Shown: positions 60,853 to 64,000 of the stretch, one piece after another
Layout of the letters: each line of letters starts with the position of its first letter
Position numbering within the stretch: position 1 is the stretch's first letter
NCBI GenBank assembly: GCA_049322915.1
Contig: JBMOPW010000034.1
Span: 691,372 to 755,371, forward strand
DNA: 64,000 bases
Origin: Candidatus Zhuqueibacterota bacterium
GTDB taxonomy: Bacteria; Zhuqueibacterota; Zhuqueibacteria; Thermofontimicrobiales; Thermofontimicrobiaceae
Reading direction: 5' to 3'
Program-made: the position numbers and the translations under genes
The notes under the pieces: generated by a model
What the model saw: the letters and a program-made list of their open reading frames with translations, nothing else
Database searches by the model: none
Told to the model about the DNA's origin: nothing

Positions 60853-61842
60853 ATGTTTACCTATTTTAAAAAATGTATATTTTGTTTTAACGCTCTACCA
60901 GAAACTCCAACTGGCGATGGAGAACACGTTATTCCTAAAAATATTTATGGATTTTGGCGTGTGTATGATATTTGCGATTCCTGTAGACAATATTTTGGTG
61001 ACAAAATCGACCAATTATCAATTAAGAATGCATGGATTTTAAAAGCACTTCATCAATTGGATATTCCCGAATATGAAAAGTATAGTGAAAATTTACCATA
61101 TGTAGGCAAAGATACAATTGACGGCAAGCCTGTTGAAATGATAAGAAAAAACAAAAAATATAAAAATAAAGTTCGTCAAATTGATGATAAATTTTTTGAA
61201 TGTTCTGAAGATGATTGGAAACATATTGGTCAAGAATGGATTAGATCCACTAATAAAAGTAATATTGACGATGATGTACTTAATAATGAAATTAGAAAGT
61301 TAAATCAGAATTACGATACGGCTAAACTTGGTGAAATTGTTGAGTCTGATAAATTAAATGTAAAAATACGAAAAAGACAAGTGAAAGATATCAAATTAGC
61401 AATTGAAAAATTACCACCAATTACCCCTTTAATTGCAAAAATTGCATCATTTTTTTTAATCTATGCATTACCTCCAAGAATAATAAGTAATTTACTTGAG
61501 ATTGAATCACTTGTTAATCATGCAAGATATGATACAAAAATAAGAGAGTATTTTATAAATTGGTGCCCACTTTTAATTAAAGAAGAATATCAAAAAAGAC
61601 ATACAATTAGAATGCATAATTCTGACCACTTGTTAGTTTTAGATATATCACTGTTTGGATATCCTAATTGGCGAATCTTTTTACATTGTAAGCAAAAGAT
61701 TAAGTTTGATCCATTCGATGCAATAGAATATGATACATTAATTTTTATTCTAGATTTTGAAAATCCCGATAATAAACGAAAAATCATAGGTTTTAAAGCT
61801 ATAAATGACAAAGATTATAAATTTTTTAATGCGCAAATTTAA
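60853..61842 (+). CDS. HNH endonuclease domain protein (AT-rich, cassette-like)
   Basis: CIFC...GEHVIPKNIYG...ICDSC zinc-HNH N-terminus. Confidence 0.8.
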   Translation: MFTYFKKCIFCFNALPETPTGDGEHVIPKNIYGFWRVYDICDSCRQYFGDKIDQLSIKNAWILKALHQLDIPEYEKYSENLPYVGKDTIDGKPVEMIRKNKKYKNKVRQIDDKFFECSEDDWKHIGQEWIRSTNKSNIDDDVLNNEIRKLNQNYDTAKLGEIVESDKLNVKIRKRQVKDIKLAIEKLPPITPLIAKIASFFLIYALPPRIISNLLEIESLVNHARYDTKIREYFINWCPLLIKEEYQKRHTIRMHNSDHLLVLDISLFGYPNWRIFLHCKQKIKFDPFDAIEYDTLIFILDFENPDNKRKIIGFKAINDKDYKFFNAQI

Positions 61843-61846
61843 AAAA

Positions 61847-61972
61847 GTATAACATTTCAATTAGCATGAAAAACCGCGGATGATGAAATCCAGAATTTTG
61901 AAAGATTATGTAGTTCATCTTTTTAATTATAATTCAGCGAAGCTGCTTTGCAAGTTACACAAGGCGTAAAAA
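61847..61972 (+). other. Degenerate attC-like site
   Basis: R'' GTATAAC just after the HNH stop is the exact reverse complement of GTTATAC at 60817; imperfect long-range pairing to the 3' arm; R' reads GTAAAAA. Confidence 0.5.
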
Positions 61973-62065
61973 ATATTAAAGAATGAAATATTATAAATAC
62001 TATCAAGGACAATGTAATATATTGTATTATTAGATGATCCGCTCGAAAGGAGTTGATGATGCTTT

Positions 62066-63133
62066 ATGAAAACTTCAAAGATATTCATTTCCATCATCAT
62101 ATTTTCAGTAGTTAATTGCACTCCAATGATATACAAAGTTTTACCATTAATTGAAAATAATCTTAATTCAGAAATTTTATTTTTTGAAGGAAATGAATTA
62201 ATTATTTCAACTGGTGAAGATTCTGATTTATTAATTTATGGTATTCACAAAGGTGAAGATCTAATATTTCATATCTTTATTAAAAATAAGTCGAATGAAA
62301 AAATAAATCTTTTTCCGGAAAGATTTCATGTAAAAGGTATGGATAAAAGACAAAAAAAATATGATCTGCATGTATATGATCCAGATTTATTTTTAGCTAA
62401 ATTGAGAAACGAACATGCTTTCTCAATGTTTTTAAGCGCCTTAGCAAGTGGAATTGATGCATACAATTCTGCAAAAACAACATCTTCCACTCATTTTTAT
62501 TTAAACAATGGTACAGCTGGCCATGTCACATCTGAAACTTATGATAACTCCAAGCGATCACAAATAATGAACGAGAATATTGATCGCTTAAAAGAAACTG
62601 ATAACCAATTTGAACAAAATTTAGGCTATATTTCCCAAAGACTATTAAAAAGAAATACCCTTTATCCTGGGCAATCTTTGGAAGGTAACATAATTATTGG
62701 ATTGGATATTCATGATAGATATAATACGACCAACACTCACAAGGTAAAATATATTGACTTGACAGTACCATTTGGAAAAGATGAGCATAGATTCAAATTT
62801 TTAATTGCTAAACTTGGTGATAAATTATTAGAAGAAAGATATATAGAAAATTATCGAGAACACCAAATAAAACAAAATAATCTTTTAAGAATCAGGAGTA
62901 TTAAAAATAATTATTTGCTAATCTATAAACCAGAGTCCTTAGATCTTAAGATTGATCAAGAATTTGGGTTAGTAAGATTTACTGATCCAAAACAACCTGA
63001 AATCGGTCTTTTTTCTATTGGTAGCGCTACGGTAGTAAAAGTCATTCATGAAAAAGTAATTTTAAAATATGATCTTTTGAATCATATTAATGAATTAACG
63101 CAGGATGACTTCATTCAATTCACAAACAATTGA
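62066..63133 (+). CDS. Hypothetical lipoprotein (AT-rich)
   Basis: Lipobox-like VVNC; LLKRNTLYPGQSLEG motif. Confidence 0.75.
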   Translation: MKTSKIFISIIIFSVVNCTPMIYKVLPLIENNLNSEILFFEGNELIISTGEDSDLLIYGIHKGEDLIFHIFIKNKSNEKINLFPERFHVKGMDKRQKKYDLHVYDPDLFLAKLRNEHAFSMFLSALASGIDAYNSAKTTSSTHFYLNNGTAGHVTSETYDNSKRSQIMNENIDRLKETDNQFEQNLGYISQRLLKRNTLYPGQSLEGNIIIGLDIHDRYNTTNTHKVKYIDLTVPFGKDEHRFKFLIAKLGDKLLEERYIENYREHQIKQNNLLRIRSIKNNYLLIYKPESLDLKIDQEFGLVRFTDPKQPEIGLFSIGSATVVKVIHEKVILKYDLLNHINELTQDDFIQFTNN

Positions 63134-63187
63134 TGTCATTTTAGTTAAAACTAATTGATATACACAAATGAAGTTTTCGCTGGCTTG

Positions 63188-63529
63188 ATCGGTTAAGCTG
63201 GAGATTTTCTCTCCTCGCTCACCATATCACCCTGCATCCCGAAGCTTTGGGACAGTGCGTTTTCCGCCCGAGGCGATTTCAGCGCCGAAATCACAGCGGA
63301 TGAAAGTCAATTCGGAGTTAGCGGATAGAAACTAAACCCTGTTCTTTCGTTGTTTCAAAGCTGGCGGATATGCAGTCGCCGACCTGTGACGGCTCTGGCC
63401 AGAGATAATCCTCCACATTCGAAATGAGCAATGCCCCTCCTTGATGTCGCGGCGCCGAAGATCCGCCATCTTTTTGCGGGATTCAGACATCAGCCATTGT
63501 CCTGAACGTTAGACCGCGATGGGCGCGAC
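63188..63529 (-). ncRNA. R end copy 2: 342-nt ORF-less group II intron-like RNA
   Basis: Same length as copy 1; D5 ACGCACUG-UCCC-loop-GGGA-UG-CAGGGUGA; D6 GGUGAGC..GCUU-A-ACC-GAU. Confidence 0.7.
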
Positions 63530-63736
63530 TGATCCTTCGCACGCTCCGGACAAAGACATTTGTTTGATCATCCCGATAATGGCCCGACGCGACTCAGTTC
63601 TGAGCTGGGTCAATAAAACAGCCAGTGATAAATTCAAATAAAAAGTGTGCAGTGATCAAAGCCTCACATTGGACAATTACTTTGTGTGCTTCGTACCCTT
63701 TTACATCCGATGCTCGCATTTATAGGAGGAAGATGA

Positions 63737-64000
63737 TTGAATGAAACGATTGAAATCAAGCCGATCGGCGTAGTATCCTCACCGGTGAAGGAAGCGGTCG
63801 ATGAGAACTGGGTGAATGTGATTTCAATGGTTGTTCTCCTTCAGGAATATGATGCACACGAACGGAGCGCCTATTCGGGAACACAAGTTCCATTCCATTT
63901 AACGCGATGGATACACATCCAGCGCGATCCGGTTTTGGAAATTAATCCGGAGTGCGATGCCTTAATGCATCGCATGTCCACCAAAAGCCGGATCAAGGCG
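63737..64000 (+). pseudogene. TrmO/TsaA-like N-terminal fragment (open to window end)
   Basis: AGGAGG SD + TTG; IKPIGVVSSPVKEAVDENW resembles the TsaA/TrmO N-terminus; similarity appears lost after about 40 aa. Confidence 0.5.

Noticed and set aside
57529..63535. CRISPR array, IS110 bridge-RNA element or IscB/TnpB omega-RNA locus
   Set aside because: Repeats are 160 and 342 bp with kb-scale cargo; no cas, DEDD recombinase, IscB or TnpB ORF; no clear subterminal IRs; the D5/D6 fold explains R better. Mobilisation in trans by such enzymes is not excluded.

Overview
A 64-kb bacterial window of moderate GC. An FlgD/T9SS-like C-terminal sorting domain and the gene content suggest an FCB-superphylum anaerobe such as KSB1 or Calditrichota (inference). 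From left to right it holds: (i) a MarR-linked polysulfide/thiosulfate reductase cluster (PsrABC, two YeeE/YedE, a rhodanese lacking its catalytic Cys but ending in a GGGC arm, and a FadL channel); (ii) envelope and housekeeping genes (M14 peptidase, GH clan-D lipoprotein, murJ, patatin, PP2C); (iii) a LytTR-regulated Lol-like ABC/beta-barrel operon; (iv) a TetR-regulated TolC/HlyD/ABC-2 efflux operon; (v) an NO/nitrite cluster with an FNR-type box (DUF438, DUF1858, qNOR, cupin, NapH-like, reductive octaheme HAO-type cytochrome, flavodiiron protein); (vi) a Lys-terminated coiled-coil lipoprotein followed by three L,D-transpeptidase-family genes. The most unusual region is 57.5-63.5 kb: two ~3-kb tandem units, each built as [160-bp promoter-bearing L end]-[unrelated cargo]-[342-nt antisense ORF-less group II intron-like R end], joined by a 13-bp core present three times. 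The cargoes are an MTase-REase fusion and an AT-rich HNH + lipoprotein pair with integron-cassette signatures. Intergenic spacers carry many small non-autonomous elements (IS66-like, IS1380-like and others), some nested. I saw no transposase, integrase, reverse transcriptase, CRISPR array, tRNA or rRNA. All alignments, folds and family calls were made by eye.
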